Origin: an uncultured delta proteobacterium
Lineage (GTDB): Bacteria > Myxococcota > B64-G9
Length of the DNA stretch: 64,000 nt
Reading direction: 5' to 3'
Assembly (NCBI GenBank): GCA_963754925.1
Contig: CAVWHX010000004.1
Coordinates: forward strand, 960,001 to 1,024,000
Positions 41,333 to 53,424 of the stretch are shown here, in pieces; within the stretch, counting starts at the first letter, position 1, and every line of letters begins with the position of its first letter. Made by a program: the position numbers and the translations under genes. The notes under the pieces were generated by a model. The model searched no databases, was not told where the DNA came from, and saw only the letters and a list, made by a program, of their open reading frames with translations.

Positions 41333-44300
41333 ATGTCTGATTTCGTCCATCTACATGTACATACCCAGTACAGCCTGCTGGATGGTGCCATTCGCCTTGA
41401 GAAGCTCTTCCCGAGGCTTGCCGAGCTGAAGATGAACGCTGTGGCCATAACCGACCACGGCAACATGTTCGGCGCGATCGACTTTTACCAGCGTGCCAGG
41501 GCGGCCGGGGTAAAGCCCATCATCGGTTGCGAGGTGTACGTGGCCGGCGCGCGCGGCATGGCCGATCGAACCGCGCGCGAGGATTATCATCTGATTTTAT
41601 TGGCGTATAACCTTGCGGGTTACCAGAACCTCACCTATCTCGTGAGCAAGGCGTATCTCGAAGGTTTCTACTATCACCCGCGCATCGATAAGGATTTGTT
41701 GCGCGGCCGCACCCAAGGTTTGATTGCGCTTTCGGCCTGCCTCAGCGGCGAATTGGCCTGCCACCTTAAGTGCGGTCGGATGGATGCGGCGCGCGAGGCT
41801 GCGCGTTCGTATGCAGCGCTATTCGAACCAGACTGTTATTACCTCGAGCTGCAACACAATGGCCTTCCGGATCAAGATGCCGTCAACGCCGCTCTCAAAG
41901 AGATCGCCCGAACCGAAAACCTCCCGTTGGTCGCGACCAACGACTGCCATTACCTCTCCGAACACGACGCCCGAGCACACGACATCCTTCTGTGCATATC
42001 CACCGGCAAGACCGTCGACGACCCCAACCGAATGCGTCATCAGACCACTCAGTTGTATCTGCGCTCGGGCGAAGAGATGCAGACGCTTTTTGCCGATGTT
42101 CCCGAGGCGCTCGCTAACACCCGTCGGATCGCCGACCGCTGCGCCCTCGACCTTAACCTCGGGAGCGTCTTTTTACCGCGCTATGAGGTGCCGGCGGCGT
42201 TCGACCTGGATAGCTACCTCGATCAACTCGCCTGGCAGGGTCTCAACGCCCATCTTGTTGGGCTGCCCGTACAACAGCACCAACGGTACCACGAAAGGCT
42301 CCGGTACGAGCTCGGCGTGATTAAGAAGATGGGTTTTGCCGGATACTTTTTGATCGTTTGGGACTTCATCACCTATGCCAAGCGCAACGGCATTCCCGTT
42401 GGTCCGGGACGAGGCTCGGGGGCGGGCTCATTGGTGGCTTTTTCGCTCGGCATCACGGCGCTCGACCCGTTGCCCTATGATTTGCTGTTCGAACGGTTTC
42501 TCAACCCTGACCGCGTCAGCTTGCCCGATTTTGACATCGACTTTTGCCAGGACCGGCGCAATGAAGTGATTCAATATGTTACCGAGAAATATGGCCGCGA
42601 TCGCGTCGGTCAGATAATTACGTTCGGACAACTCAAACCGAGGCTCGCGATCAAGGATGTCGGTCGGGTGTTAGGCCTCACCTTCAATGAAACCGACCGG
42701 ATCTCAAAGTTAGTTCCGTATGGGCCGAAGGTGACTCTTGACCAGGCGCTCAAAGAGGAACCACGCCTTGATGCCATCCAGGAGGAGAAGCCGATCTATC
42801 GGGACGTGATCCAAATCGCGCGGTCGCTCGAGGGCCTCAACCGGCATTCCGGCACCCACGCCGCCGGGGTGGTGATCGCCGAGAAACCCCTTTGGGAGCA
42901 CGTTCCGGTCATGCGGGGGGAGGACGGCTCGCTCATCACCCAGTTTGCTAAAGACGAAGTTGAAAAGGTTGGGCTGATTAAGTTCGACTTTTTGGGACTC
43001 AAGACGCTGACCGTTATCGACCAAGCCTTGCGGTTGATTAACCACAGCGGCCCTCGGCTCGACATCCAAAAGCTGCCGCTTGATGACCGAGCGGTTTATG
43101 ATCTGATTACCTCGGGCCAAACCGACGGTGTATTCCAGGTTGAATCTGCGGGTTTTAAAGAGCTCATGAAGAAGCTCAAGCCGGATTGCTTCGAAGATAT
43201 CATCGCAGCCGTGGCACTCTATCGACCCGGGCCACTCGGGGCCGGGATGGTGACCGATTACCTCAACCGCAAGCACGGGCGTGAACGCATCAGCTACCAG
43301 CACCCGGTGCTCGAACCGATCCTCAGCAGCACCTACGGCGTGATCATATATCAAGAGCAAGTCATGCGCATCGCCGTTGAATTGTGCGGCTTCACCATGG
43401 GCCAGGCCGATGTGTTGCGCAAGGCCATGGGCAAGAAGAAAACCGAGGAAATGGCGCGCCAACAAGAAATCTTTGTGGTTGGCGCGATTAGAACATCCGG
43501 TATGGCCGCAGCCGAGGCACAGGCTCTGTTTGAAAAGATCGAAAAATTCGCCGAATACGCCTTTAATAAATCGCATTCTGCAGCCTACGCCCTGATCTCC
43601 TACCAGACCGCTTACCTCAAGACCCACCACCCGGTTGAATTCATGGCTGCGCTGTTGTCGAGCGAAATGGGCGACACCGAAACCCTCGTCCGGTATATTG
43701 CTCACACGCGTGAGATGGGTATCCAGCTGTTGCCACCCGATGTTAACCGCTCCGTGCGCGACTTTTCGGTGCTTGATGATCAGATCTTGCTAGGCCTCGG
43801 CGCGGTAAAGAGCGTCGGCGATACGGCGATACAGACGATTGTCGCGTGTCGTACCGAGAGGCCGTTTTGTTCTCTCTTTGATTTTACCGAGCGGGTCGAT
43901 CTGCATAAAGTCAACAAGCGTGTCGTTGAGGCGCTGGTCAAGTGCGGTGCATTTGACAGCCTCAACACGAGCCGGGCGAGTCTTATCGCCGCGATTGAGT
44001 CGGCCTTCGAATGCGGTACTGCCCGGCAGAAGGAGCGCACCTGCGGCCAGCGCAGTTTGCTTGACCTGCTGTGTCTTGAAACCGAACCGCCGACAACCGA
44101 CGATCCACGACTGAACAGGTTACCCGAATGGAGTGAGCACGAGCGGTTGCTTGGGGAGCGCGAAGCTCTTGGTTTTTATGTCACCGGACACCCCCTCGAC
44201 CGCTACCAAAAGCTCATCGCGACCGCGGCCACCTCTACCCTCGCCGACCTGCATGAGCGGGCCACAACCGGCAACGGCAACCGGCACCGGGAGATAGTTG

Positions 44301-44791
44301 TGGCAGCACTGGTCTCAGCGATGCGCGAACGTCCGCTGAAAAACGGCTCCGGTCGGATGGCCGTACTGACGATCGAAGATCGCATGGGCACCTGCGAGGC
44401 GCTGGTTTTCTCAAAGGAGTTCGCCCTCTACGAACCGCTGCTTAGGACCGCTGAACCGCTCCTCTTTGTCGGCCAGCTGACCGTCGATGATGAAGAGAAT
44501 CCATTAGCAAAACTCCGGGTGCGCGAGGTGCGTCTTCTCAAGGATTCACAGCAACCGATAAAACGGGTGGATTTCCATCTTCCGGCTGAGGCACTCTCGC
44601 GGGAGAGGCTTCTTCAACTCAAATTGATTCTTGGTCGCTTTACCGGCACCTGCCCGGCTTTTTTACATATTCACTTGCCCGATAATGGGCCGGAGACCAT
44701 TGTACGCCTTCCCGGTTCGATTACCTCTTCCGCGCAACTGGAGAAGGAAGTCAATACGCTTTTCGAACAGAGGGTCACCGGATTTTCATAA
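41333..44791 (+). CDS. dnaE: DNA polymerase III alpha subunit
   Basis: FVHLHVHTQYSLLDG PHP domain, GPGRGSGAGS, PDFDIDF, KFDFLGLKTL, YAFNKSHSAAY, OB fold. Confidence 0.98.
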   Translation: MSDFVHLHVHTQYSLLDGAIRLEKLFPRLAELKMNAVAITDHGNMFGAIDFYQRARAAGVKPIIGCEVYVAGARGMADRTAREDYHLILLAYNLAGYQNLTYLVSKAYLEGFYYHPRIDKDLLRGRTQGLIALSACLSGELACHLKCGRMDAAREAARSYAALFEPDCYYLELQHNGLPDQDAVNAALKEIARTENLPLVATNDCHYLSEHDARAHDILLCISTGKTVDDPNRMRHQTTQLYLRSGEEMQTLFADVPEALANTRRIADRCALDLNLGSVFLPRYEVPAAFDLDSYLDQLAWQGLNAHLVGLPVQQHQRYHERLRYELGVIKKMGFAGYFLIVWDFITYAKRNGIPVGPGRGSGAGSLVAFSLGITALDPLPYDLLFERFLNPDRVSLPDFDIDFCQDRRNEVIQYVTEKYGRDRVGQIITFGQLKPRLAIKDVGRVLGLTFNETDRISKLVPYGPKVTLDQALKEEPRLDAIQEEKPIYRDVIQIARSLEGLNRHSGTHAAGVVIAEKPLWEHVPVMRGEDGSLITQFAKDEVEKVGLIKFDFLGLKTLTVIDQALRLINHSGPRLDIQKLPLDDRAVYDLITSGQTDGVFQVESAGFKELMKKLKPDCFEDIIAAVALYRPGPLGAGMVTDYLNRKHGRERISYQHPVLEPILSSTYGVIIYQEQVMRIAVELCGFTMGQADVLRKAMGKKKTEEMARQQEIFVVGAIRTSGMAAAEAQALFEKIEKFAEYAFNKSHSAAYALISYQTAYLKTHHPVEFMAALLSSEMGDTETLVRYIAHTREMGIQLLPPDVNRSVRDFSVLDDQILLGLGAVKSVGDTAIQTIVACRTERPFCSLFDFTERVDLHKVNKRVVEALVKCGAFDSLNTSRASLIAAIESAFECGTARQKERTCGQRSLLDLLCLETEPPTTDDPRLNRLPEWSEHERLLGEREALGFYVTGHPLDRYQKLIATAATSTLADLHERATTGNGNRHREIVVAALVSAMRERPLKNGSGRMAVLTIEDRMGTCEALVFSKEFALYEPLLRTAEPLLFVGQLTVDDEENPLAKLRVREVRLLKDSQQPIKRVDFHLPAEALSRERLLQLKLILGRFTGTCPAFLHIHLPDNGPETIVRLPGSITSSAQLEKEVNTLFEQRVTGFS

Positions 44792-44860
44792 CATTGCATT
44801 TTCCTTTTGCCCTCTCTCTGTTGGGGAGAGGGGTCTTGCAAAAAACGTTGAGTGAGGGAA

Positions 44861-45340
44861 CTATTCAGCCTTGAACTCTGTGAGGAATAACTCCAGCACG
44901 TCAGGGTAGGCGCGCAGGCGAAAAGCGGTATCGATTTCCTCATAGGAGAATCCTTGATCGCGCAAAAAGGAGACAATCGCACCGATCGCTTTGGCTGCCG
45001 CGACTCGTTGTTCCGGGTCCGCTGGCAGCTTCTCGCCGTTAAGGTGTTTGTTGAGATCATCGGTGAGTTCGACGAACCGTTCGAGGTGTTCCGCCAACCG
45101 ATTTTCAAAGGAGAGATTCCATAATTGTTCAAGCTCGGCGATCACGCGCGGCCGGTTTTGGTCATAGCAGAGCACCATCAGCTTCTGCATCAGTCCATCG
45201 AGCGTGGTCTGACGGGGAATAGCAATCTTGGCCGCTTCATTAAGTCGCAGGATCGCCATGCGGGTCGAGATATGGCGAATCATCGGCCGAAATATCGCTT
45301 CAAACCGCTCGCGGGGGATACGTTCTTGCAAGGTCGACAT
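44861..45340 (-). CDS. Hypothetical alpha-helical protein
   Basis: Clean ORF with AAAGGAGA RBS before ATG 45340; no family recognised. Confidence 0.7.
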   Translation of the reverse strand: MSTLQERIPRERFEAIFRPMIRHISTRMAILRLNEAAKIAIPRQTTLDGLMQKLMVLCYDQNRPRVIAELEQLWNLSFENRLAEHLERFVELTDDLNKHLNGEKLPADPEQRVAAAKAIGAIVSFLRDQGFSYEEIDTAFRLRAYPDVLELFLTEFKAE

Positions 45341-45482
45341 GGATTCTCCTTTCATGCTGCGGATGCTCGTAGCACTATGGACTAGTACCCCGAGCATGAA
45401 GTGTCAACATAGTTGAATCCTTCGAGTGAGCCTGCTAGTCTTTTAACACAGGGAATAGAGGATTAACGAAAGGACATACGGC

Positions 45483-46805
45483 GTGCATTATCACGATCTG
45501 ATGTACGAGATGCCAGATGGGACCCTGAAAATGACTAACCCCCTTACCGGGCGGACCGCCTGGTGGGTGCCGGGTCGCAACAGTCGGCCCATCAGCGAGA
45601 GCGCACCGACGTGCATGACCCATGATCGAACCCGAGAACCCGAGAACTACTGTGCTTTTTGCTCGGTAAATGTGCTTGAAACGCCGCCCGAGATCGACCG
45701 GCTCGTACGCGCTGACTCCGGCTACCGCACCATCGACCGATTACTACCGAAGCAGTTGCGCGAAACTCAGTATATCTTCCGCAGGGTCGCCAACCTCTAT
45801 GAGATCGTCACCTTAAACTACTGGCGACGCAACTACGACTACCGCGGCGTAGCCCGCCAACGTGAATGGGCGGAGCAGTATAAGAGCGATCCAGAAGGCC
45901 GCGCTCATATGTTAGAGTTGGTTCGTAAAAAGCATGAGTCATTACGCCGGCGCGGGCTGGACATACCGCAGATGAACGAAAAGCAGCTCTTTGAGCAAGC
46001 TGATAGCTTTTTTCTAAGCTGCCATCAGTTAATCGTCAATCAGCGGCACTATCGCGTTGGCACGGAGCGCGGCACCGCTGCCACGCTGTTTGGATCGGGG
46101 GCGTTAACTGCCGACGAGCACTTCCAATACATGCGCTTTACCGCTGAGGCCATCCGCGACATCACGGAAACCAACCGCTACGTGCGTTACGTGGTTACGT
46201 TTCAGAATTGGCTGCGACCCTCGGGGGCTTCCTTTGATCATATGCATAAGCAACTCGTTGGCCTTGACGATTGGGGCACCCTTATCACAAGCGAGGTGGA
46301 AGCTTCGCGCTCCGATCCAAATTTTTACAATACGTATGTGGTGAATTTCGCCGGTTACAATAACTTGGTGATTGCCGAGAATGACTACGCGGTCATGTTT
46401 GCTGATATCGGGCACCGCAACCCGACGCTGGCAATCTATTCCAAAGCGCGCCACCTGCGGCCCTATGAACACAACGCGGAAGAACTCCGAGGGATTAGCG
46501 ACTTGATCCACGCGTGCTATGTTGCTCAGGGACCCGAGATGAGCTGCAACGAGGAGTGGTATTACCAACCCCGCGATTGCCTTGATCGCATTCCGTTCCA
46601 CGTGCTGATCAAGTGGCGCGTGAACTACCCGGCCGGGTTTGAAGGCGGGACGTCGATTTTCATCAATCCCCAGCGCCCCACCGAGGTGCGCGATGAGGTG
46701 GTTCCGCACCTCTTTCGACTGCGGGCAGAAGGTAGGATCGCCGCGAACATCCGCATCGCAGAAGAATGTCCGGTGCAGCCCAATAGCTTACAATACAACA
46801 GGTAA
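45483..46805 (+). CDS. DUF4921 / GalT-HIT-like nucleotidyltransferase-fold protein
   Basis: DGTLK..NP.TG...W.VPGR..RP, CAFC, FQNWLRPSGASFDHMHKQ (HxHxQ). Confidence 0.8.
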   Translation: MHYHDLMYEMPDGTLKMTNPLTGRTAWWVPGRNSRPISESAPTCMTHDRTREPENYCAFCSVNVLETPPEIDRLVRADSGYRTIDRLLPKQLRETQYIFRRVANLYEIVTLNYWRRNYDYRGVARQREWAEQYKSDPEGRAHMLELVRKKHESLRRRGLDIPQMNEKQLFEQADSFFLSCHQLIVNQRHYRVGTERGTAATLFGSGALTADEHFQYMRFTAEAIRDITETNRYVRYVVTFQNWLRPSGASFDHMHKQLVGLDDWGTLITSEVEASRSDPNFYNTYVVNFAGYNNLVIAENDYAVMFADIGHRNPTLAIYSKARHLRPYEHNAEELRGISDLIHACYVAQGPEMSCNEEWYYQPRDCLDRIPFHVLIKWRVNYPAGFEGGTSIFINPQRPTEVRDEVVPHLFRLRAEGRIAANIRIAEECPVQPNSLQYNR

Positions 46806-46839
46806 CAACGACGGCGCGCCGGAGGATAGGGTGAGGGGA

Positions 46840-47643
46840 TTATTCGTTGTTGAAAAATTTCTTCAACGTTTTTCTCAGGGTGGTTGTATCCGGGAGAGGC
46901 TGATAAATGATGTTCCCCGCTCCGTAATGAAGTGCCGTTACCGCATTGCCGAGCGCACGACGACCACTAACCGCCACAAATTTCAAGCCCGGGCTCATGA
47001 GTAACGTACTGCGTAAAAAACAGGCGGTGGCGTTATCCCGGTTGAGTAGCTCAAGCTGACATACTAAGGCCCCGACCTTTTTGTTTCGTACCTGGCTCAG
47101 CACTTCAGACAGTGAATCGATGACTATTGCACGGTAGCCTAATGACTCGAGAGCCTTTTTCAGAACCTCCCGTGCGAATGGATCAGTGATGTATAGGAGG
47201 GCTTGCTGTTGGGCCGGCACAATGGGCAGCTTTGATTCAGCTTTCATTCGCAGATTGCGCCGATCAAACGCTTCGTTTACCTTGCGCTCCAGTTCGGGAA
47301 GATCGAACGGTTTGATGATGTATTCGTCCACGCCGATCGCCATTGCTTCCTCAGCCGATTCGCGTGAGGCAAATCCGGTGATCAGCAGGGTGGCAATCTT
47401 CGGATCTTTTGCTTTAGCCCGTCGGATTACGTCCAGGCCGGTAATACCGGGCAGATTTTTGTCGCAGATGAGAAGGCTGAAGGGTTCGCTTAGAAGCAAC
47501 GCAATAGCTGTTTCACCGTCCTCGGCCTCGACCACGAAGGTTCCCGGTTTCTCCAGCGTCTCGCAAATCACCCGGCGGACAACTTCTTCGTCGTCGACAA
47601 CCAGAATGCGCGTTGGTGTGTTTTTATCTTGCTGGATGTGCAC
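46840..47643 (-). CDS. Response regulator (REC plus degenerate second REC)
   Basis: ILVVDD, ICDKNLPG, ITGF, KPF; the C-terminal domain has REC-like topology without the acidic residues. Confidence 0.88.
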   Translation of the reverse strand: MHIQQDKNTPTRILVVDDEEVVRRVICETLEKPGTFVVEAEDGETAIALLLSEPFSLLICDKNLPGITGLDVIRRAKAKDPKIATLLITGFASRESAEEAMAIGVDEYIIKPFDLPELERKVNEAFDRRNLRMKAESKLPIVPAQQQALLYITDPFAREVLKKALESLGYRAIVIDSLSEVLSQVRNKKVGALVCQLELLNRDNATACFLRSTLLMSPGLKFVAVSGRRALGNAVTALHYGAGNIIYQPLPDTTTLRKTLKKFFNNE

Positions 47644-47814
47644 TCAGTGCCCTCTATCTCCCCGGCATTGACCGGCACTATAACGACAAAAATACCTTAG
47701 CATTAAGTAACTAGCAACAAAAGTTAGCTGTTAGCATTCAGACAATGGAGGATGTCGACTGGTAACGAGCCCGATTTCTGGGATTGTACCATGGGTGTAT
47801 GGTAGGATGAGGCT

Positions 47815-48703
47815 ATGCGTGGGGTAATACTCCAGCTGTTAAATTTGGAGCGGGCTTTTTCAAACTCAAAATCCGCCGCATTTTTCCCAGATGCTTCCAG
47901 CCGAGATCGATTTATTTTTACAAGAGGTTAACAAGCAGGAGCCTGACTTCACTCGGAGGCTGATTAAGATTACCGATCGATTTTTAGGAACACGATATCT
48001 CGTATCCCCACTGGGCGAAGGCGAAGGTAACCCTCCTGATACCGATCCCTTGATACGCTTCGATGCCGTCGATTGTGTTACCTTGGTTGAGGAAGCCATG
48101 GCGCTTGCGCGCTCCGAGAATCTGGCGCAGGCGAAGGTGGTGCTTCAACGGATTCGTTACCTGAATGCACGGATTGGTTATCGGTATCGCAAGCACTTCA
48201 TGATAGCCCAATGGATTCCTGACAACCAGAAGGAGGGTTTTCTGGAGGACATCACTGATTCGATCGCCGGTCAATCAACGCTCTGGATCACCAAGCGCCT
48301 TGACTCTCATATCTGGAATCAACGTACCCATAAAAGTCGCTGGCCCAACCTTGCGGCTAACGATATTCCCTCCGGAGAGGCCCGCCTCCCGATTATCCCC
48401 ATCAAGCGTATGAAGGATTTTCAATCTGCGGTTCCCAATGGGGCGATCCTAATCATTGTCCGGCAGGATCTCCCAACGATTCCCGAGCGCATTTCTCATA
48501 TTGGTCTCATACTGTCGATTAACGGTCGCCGCTACGTGAGACATGCAGCATCCGGAAAAATTAGCCGAGTCATCGATGAACCGTTCGATTCGATGATTCG
48601 ACGCCATAGCGCCTATCGACGGTGGCCCGTGTCGGGGTATAATTTTCAGCGGGTGTTGGCGGGTGACGAGCCCCCTATGCCATCACCGACGCCACGGGAG
48701 TAA
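47815..48703 (+). CDS. DUF1460 / NlpC-P60-like amidase; N-terminus separated by an apparent +1 indel at 47839-47843
   Basis: FLGTRY..SPLGEG, FDAVDCVTLVEEAMALA, RKHF, SHIG, RHA. Removing one A gives the leader MRGVILQLLIWSGLF in frame. Confidence 0.8.
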
Positions 48704-48820
48704 CTTCGAAGTCGGAAGACTAGCCGGAGAGTTGCCGAGGCCGAACTTTTCGGGTTGAATTCAATGGGGCGTCATGATACAAAATTATGAAAGCAAGCAG
48801 GTATAAGCCACGGAGGTTGA

Positions 48821-50426
48821 GTGCTTAAACTGATCATCGAAGACGATGAGGGAAATACTACTGTCGTCCCTCTCACCCAGGACGAGATTACGATTGGTCG
48901 GAAGGAAGGAAACACCATCCGGCTGACCGATAGGAACATTTCTCGCCAGCACGCGCGCTTGATCCGCTCTAACAGTTCGTTATTTATAGAGGATCTCGAC
49001 AGTTATAATGGGGTTAAAAGTCAACGGGAATCGCATCACAGCGCGAACCACTATTCGAGAAACCGATCACCTAGATATCGGTGACTACCACGTATCCTTT
49101 CAACAAACAGACGAGGCCGAAACCGGAAGCGTCGTCGACCGCGACCGCGAGGTTACCGGTCGAGTAACCATTGAGCCCCCGCCGCCGCCGTTAGCCCCCG
49201 ATAGTTCAGGCGGGGCGCCTCAGCCAGCAACGGAAGATCAATCCTCTTTCCCCGGGGAGGTTGCTCCAGCGGACACCAAGAGCGTAGCCCCGGAGGTACC
49301 AGAAGATATACCAGCCAAAGAGTCTTTCACCAACCGGAAGCTGTACTTGGCATTCGGCGCTTTGGTGGCCGTGGTCTTGATAAGCATCAGTGTGTACATA
49401 ATTATGCAAGCCGTATCAAGTCCCCTCAACAACAGCCAAGTTAATAAAAGCAAATCCAGTTCTACCGAGGTTGCGTCACCACCCATCAACCAAACCTCAG
49501 TTGAGTTCGAGATAGCTATGGATAGGTTGTCGGCTCGCGATTATGACGCAGCGCTCAAGAATTTCGAGGCGGCTTTAGCCAAGGATCCGGGCAACAATAC
49601 CTATATGAAAATGCGCGACCAAAGCATCAAGGAAAAAGATGCAGCCAATTCCCTCAATAAACTGAGGACGTTGATTTCCAACAGGAACTGGGACCAGGCA
49701 ATAAAAATCAATTTTCCGCCAGATACCGTTGCAGCCAGAGAGGCCGCCCAACTGCGCTTGGAGGTGGAAGATCAATTCAAAACCTCCCACCTCAAACAGG
49801 GCCAGTACGCTCTTGAAAAGGGTCGTTTTTCAGATGCAATCAAACAATTCGAGGCCGTTCTGACAATCGACGAGGAAGATGTCACCGCTCAAAAGCTCAA
49901 ACAGGCCGCGGAGAAATCACTGGTTGGCGAGTCACGGAAAGCCGAGGGGGGGAAAAATAGTATCACATCGGCTCCGGTAACCCATCAAACCGATTCGCTT
50001 CAAACCAACAAGGCACCCGGTCCTGAAATCGTTGAGATCGAGGAGGAGAGCCTCGATTCTCCGGAATCCAAAAACACCAAAACACAGGAACCGCCCACCG
50101 GTAGAGCGCCGGAGCCTGCCGCTGCCAAAGCGCCGGAACCAAAAACGAACAAAGCGCGAGAGCCTCAGGAAGTGCGTGGCAGTGCTCTCAAGCTCTTCAA
50201 TGAAGGTAAATTTGATGAAGCTATTGTATTGTTTCAGAAAGCGCTTAAGGCTGATTCGAACGATTGTGCCTCGTACCGGTACCTCGGTACAGCCTACCTA
50301 AAGATTGGCGATAAAGTCAAGGGTTATAAGGCGTTCAGAAAATTTGTCGAAGTATGCCCAAACGATATGCAGGCGCCTATGGTACGTGAGAGTATTGAAC
50401 GGTACGAGAAGGAACAGGGGAATTGA
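48821..50426 (+). CDS. FHA-domain / TM / TPR protein split by an apparent +1 indel at 49014-49019
   Basis: FHA motifs IGR, ISRQHA, DLDSYNGV-K-VNG continue across the frame change; TM segment and TPRs follow. Confidence 0.88.
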
Positions 50427-50430
50427 AGCA

Positions 50431-50557
50431 TAAGAGATTGTTGACGAACGAAGTGAGGATTATTAGAGATTGTTGCGAGCAGAGCGAGCTTACAATCTCT
50501 TATGCTCTGTACAAGCACTTATCCTGCGGACAAGCCCTTGTCCTTTTAAGGGACTAG
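50431..50557. repeat. Cluster of family A units and tail hairpins
   Basis: TAAGAGATTGTTGACGAACGAAGTGAGG, TAGAGATTGTTGCGAGCAGAGCGAGCTTACAATCTCTTA (50464-50502), CTTATCCTGCGGACAAG, CTTGTCCTTTTAAGGGACTAG. Confidence 0.8.
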
Positions 50558-51929
50558 CCCTGGGGTGTGCCGCCGCCTTTGATTGCAACGCGGATCTGCT
50601 CAACAGAAATCTCTTTTTCAAGCATACCCCGAGCGACGGTATTGAGCAAGACCGTCGCCAGGTGTTTGCCGAGTATGTCAAGTAGAAAATAGTCATTTTT
50701 ATTGAGGGTCGCCTTTTGACGGAAGAGCTCGTGGACCGTGATCAAACCGAGGACTCGTTCCCCGTACACTAATGGCGCCGCTACCAGAAGCCTCACGCCG
50801 CTATGACCAACCGGCCAGGGCACCGGTAACGTTTGAATGGCGCGTTCCTGCACGGCACGCGCCAGGGGACCTTCGATCGTCAGTCGCTCGGCCACATCTA
50901 ACAACAGCCCTTGCAAGGCGATCGGAATCAGGCGGGCTGGGTTTCCCTCAAGTAAAAAGATCCCATACGAAGAGATGCCCACGAGGTTGCACAGCGCATC
51001 GCACGCCACCGAGAGCGCGCTCTTCGGCGCATTCTCGGCTTGTAAATGTTGGGTCAGAGTCAGAATGGAGGAGAGTCGGAGGTGATCGCGCTGAAGTTCT
51101 TCAAGCGAAGCGCGCAGTTCGTCGCGCTCGCATTCCAAGGCGGCTATCGTAGCATCGGCAGGTAGCGTGGCGGTGGGCTCACCGGCATCTTCCAAGTGAT
51201 AGGTGAGCCTGCTAAAAATTTTGCTCCCATCAAGTGAGCCCAGCATTTTTTGACTGGACGCCAACCGATCGATGATGGTGCGACTTTCACTGTCTAGGTG
51301 AATAAAGCGCACTCCCATACCGCCGATCTTGCCGGGTAATGATTCGATCCGACGCACCACCTGGCCGTAGGCGAGAACCGGTTGGTGGATACCGGAAGAC
51401 AAGGAGAACGATAGTTAAGACGCGCACCAACCGGCAACGGTTCGTTCATCTCGATGAATACGCCGGTCCGGCTGATGTCATGGGTGTACTCGAAAAATAT
51501 TCCTTTAAAATCCTCAAAGGATACCTGCAACGAGGTCGGAATACGGGGGAAGCGGCGCTTCTCGGCGCTGCCCAGCAAATCTTCCACCTTGCGAAGCAAG
51601 GTCGCATCATCGAGCGGTTTCGTGAGATAATCATCGCATCCTGCCTGCACCGCTTGTCGTATGTCTTCATCGCGGCTCGATGAGGTGATGATGATGACCG
51701 GAGTTGCGCGCAGTTTGGGATCCTGCTTGATCTGCCGGCATAACTCGTGACCGGGAATGCCCGGCATATGCAGATCAATGAGCGCAAGATCGGGTGGATT
51801 GGTACGGATTTTTTGCCAAGCCTCCGTGCTATTAGCGGCTTCTTCGATCGTGTAACCGCGCCACCCGAGAACGTTTGCCTCAAGGCGCCTAAATAATTTC
51901 ACATCATCGACAATCAGGATCCGGGTCAT
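50554..51929 (-). CDS. REC-PilZ-coiled-coil-GAF-like signalling protein, split by an apparent -1 indel at 51415-51418
   Basis: REC (VDD, DLHMP, KP). PilZ RRFPR, DISRTG. Adding one A gives GARLKLSFSLSSG...GQVVR...GMGVRF. GAF-like C-terminus. Confidence 0.85.
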
Positions 51930-51996
51930 GCGGCACTCCGCATTGCAGTGGCCGTATACCGTTGCCTCAAAGCAGCTGCGTTGCCTTCCGTATCTA

Positions 51997-53289
51997 TCAA
52001 GGACTCAGGCTCCTCGCCTGCTGAATCTCTCGAAATCCCGCGTATGGTACCAATGCTTCAGGCAGCACGACCGAACCGTCGGCACGCTGGCCGACCTCGA
52101 GCACAGCGGCGAGCGTTCGGCCAACTGCCAGTCCGGAACCGTTTAAGGTGTGTAGCAACTCTGGCTTCTCGCCCTGGGCGCGGCGAAAGCGGATCCGCGC
52201 TCGACGCGCCTGATAGTCCTCGAAGTTCGAGCACGAGGAGATCTCGCGATAGGCGTTTTGTCCAGGCATCCAAACCTCCAAATCGAAGGTTTTAGCCGCC
52301 GAAAAACCCAGATCGCCGCCGCAGAGCTGAACAACCCGATAGGCCAACCCAAGTTTTTGCAGGATCGCTTCAGCGTTCTGCGTCAACGATTCAAGTTCGG
52401 CATAGGATTCCTCGGGGCGGCAAAACTTAACCAACTCTACTTTGTCAAACTGGTGCTGGCGTATCAACCCGCGCGTGTCGCGACCGGCCGCGCCGGCCTC
52501 GCGTCGAAAGCAGGCGCTATACGACACGTACTTTTTGGGCAATTCAGCCGCATCAAGGATCTCGTCGCGGTGGAGGTTGGTCACCGGCACCTCGGCGGTT
52601 GGAATCAGGAAGTATTCAGGTTCAACGGTCTTGAAGGATTCCCCCTCGAATTTGGGCAGCTGACCGGTGCCCTGCATGGTGTCGCGCAGCACCAGATACG
52701 GTGTCTGTACCTCGGTGTATCCGTGCTCGTGGGTATGTACGTCGAGCATGAAGTTGATCAATGCGCGCTCAAGCCGAGCGCCGCGATCGATGAGTACGGT
52801 AAAGCGCGCCCCGGAGAGCTTAGCCCCCCGGGCGAAGTCAAGGATTCCTAACCGCTCGCCTATTTCCCAGTGCGGCTGTGGTTCGAAATCGGGGCGGGCG
52901 GGTGTGCCGACTGTGCGTATAACGAGGTTGTCATCCGAGCTGCGGCCAAATGGAGTCGACTCATGCGGGATGTTCGGAATCACCAGAAGCAGCTCGGCCA
53001 GCTCGGATTCGACGGATTTCAATTCCGCCGCCCGCTCCTTTTCTTTGCTCGAAGTGACTCTCAACTCTGCGCGCGCCGTCGTAATTGCCTCTGCAGATCC
53101 TTTGAGTTCCACCATCTTATTCGAGGCTATCTTTTGATCGCGACGCAGACCCTCCACCTCTCGAATGAGGAGTTTGCGCTTTCCGGCGAGCGCGACAACA
53201 CGCTCGAGTGCCGGGATTTCCCCACGCAGCGACAACCGGGACTGAACCTCGTTTGTTTGGTCTGTAACCTTCTTGAGATCGAGCACCAA
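51997..53289 (-). CDS. serS: Serine-tRNA ligase
   Basis: [49 protein letters not shown]. Confidence 0.98.
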   Translation of the reverse strand: MVLDLKKVTDQTNEVQSRLSLRGEIPALERVVALAGKRKLLIREVEGLRRDQKIASNKMVELKGSAEAITTARAELRVTSSKEKERAAELKSVESELAELLLVIPNIPHESTPFGRSSDDNLVIRTVGTPARPDFEPQPHWEIGERLGILDFARGAKLSGARFTVLIDRGARLERALINFMLDVHTHEHGYTEVQTPYLVLRDTMQGTGQLPKFEGESFKTVEPEYFLIPTAEVPVTNLHRDEILDAAELPKKYVSYSACFRREAGAAGRDTRGLIRQHQFDKVELVKFCRPEESYAELESLTQNAEAILQKLGLAYRVVQLCGGDLGFSAAKTFDLEVWMPGQNAYREISSCSNFEDYQARRARIRFRRAQGEKPELLHTLNGSGLAVGRTLAAVLEVGQRADGSVVLPEALVPYAGFREIQQARSLSP

Positions 53290-53424
53290 GCGGCTCCATA
53301 AAAAATTAATAGACTGGCGCTATCGTTACCGGTGGTGAATTTTCACGCCTCTGAACGACGCCACCTTGGTATACACACATAATGAGTGTTTTGCCAAGTA
53401 ATGGCAAACGGGTCTCTCGGGTTT

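Noticed and set aside
41333..44791. Intein or split in dnaE
   Set aside because: Length and motif order are normal, with no insertion seen.
47695..47740. TTAGCATT direct repeats in a divergent intergenic region
   Set aside because: Short and irregularly spaced; cannot be separated from chance without comparative data.
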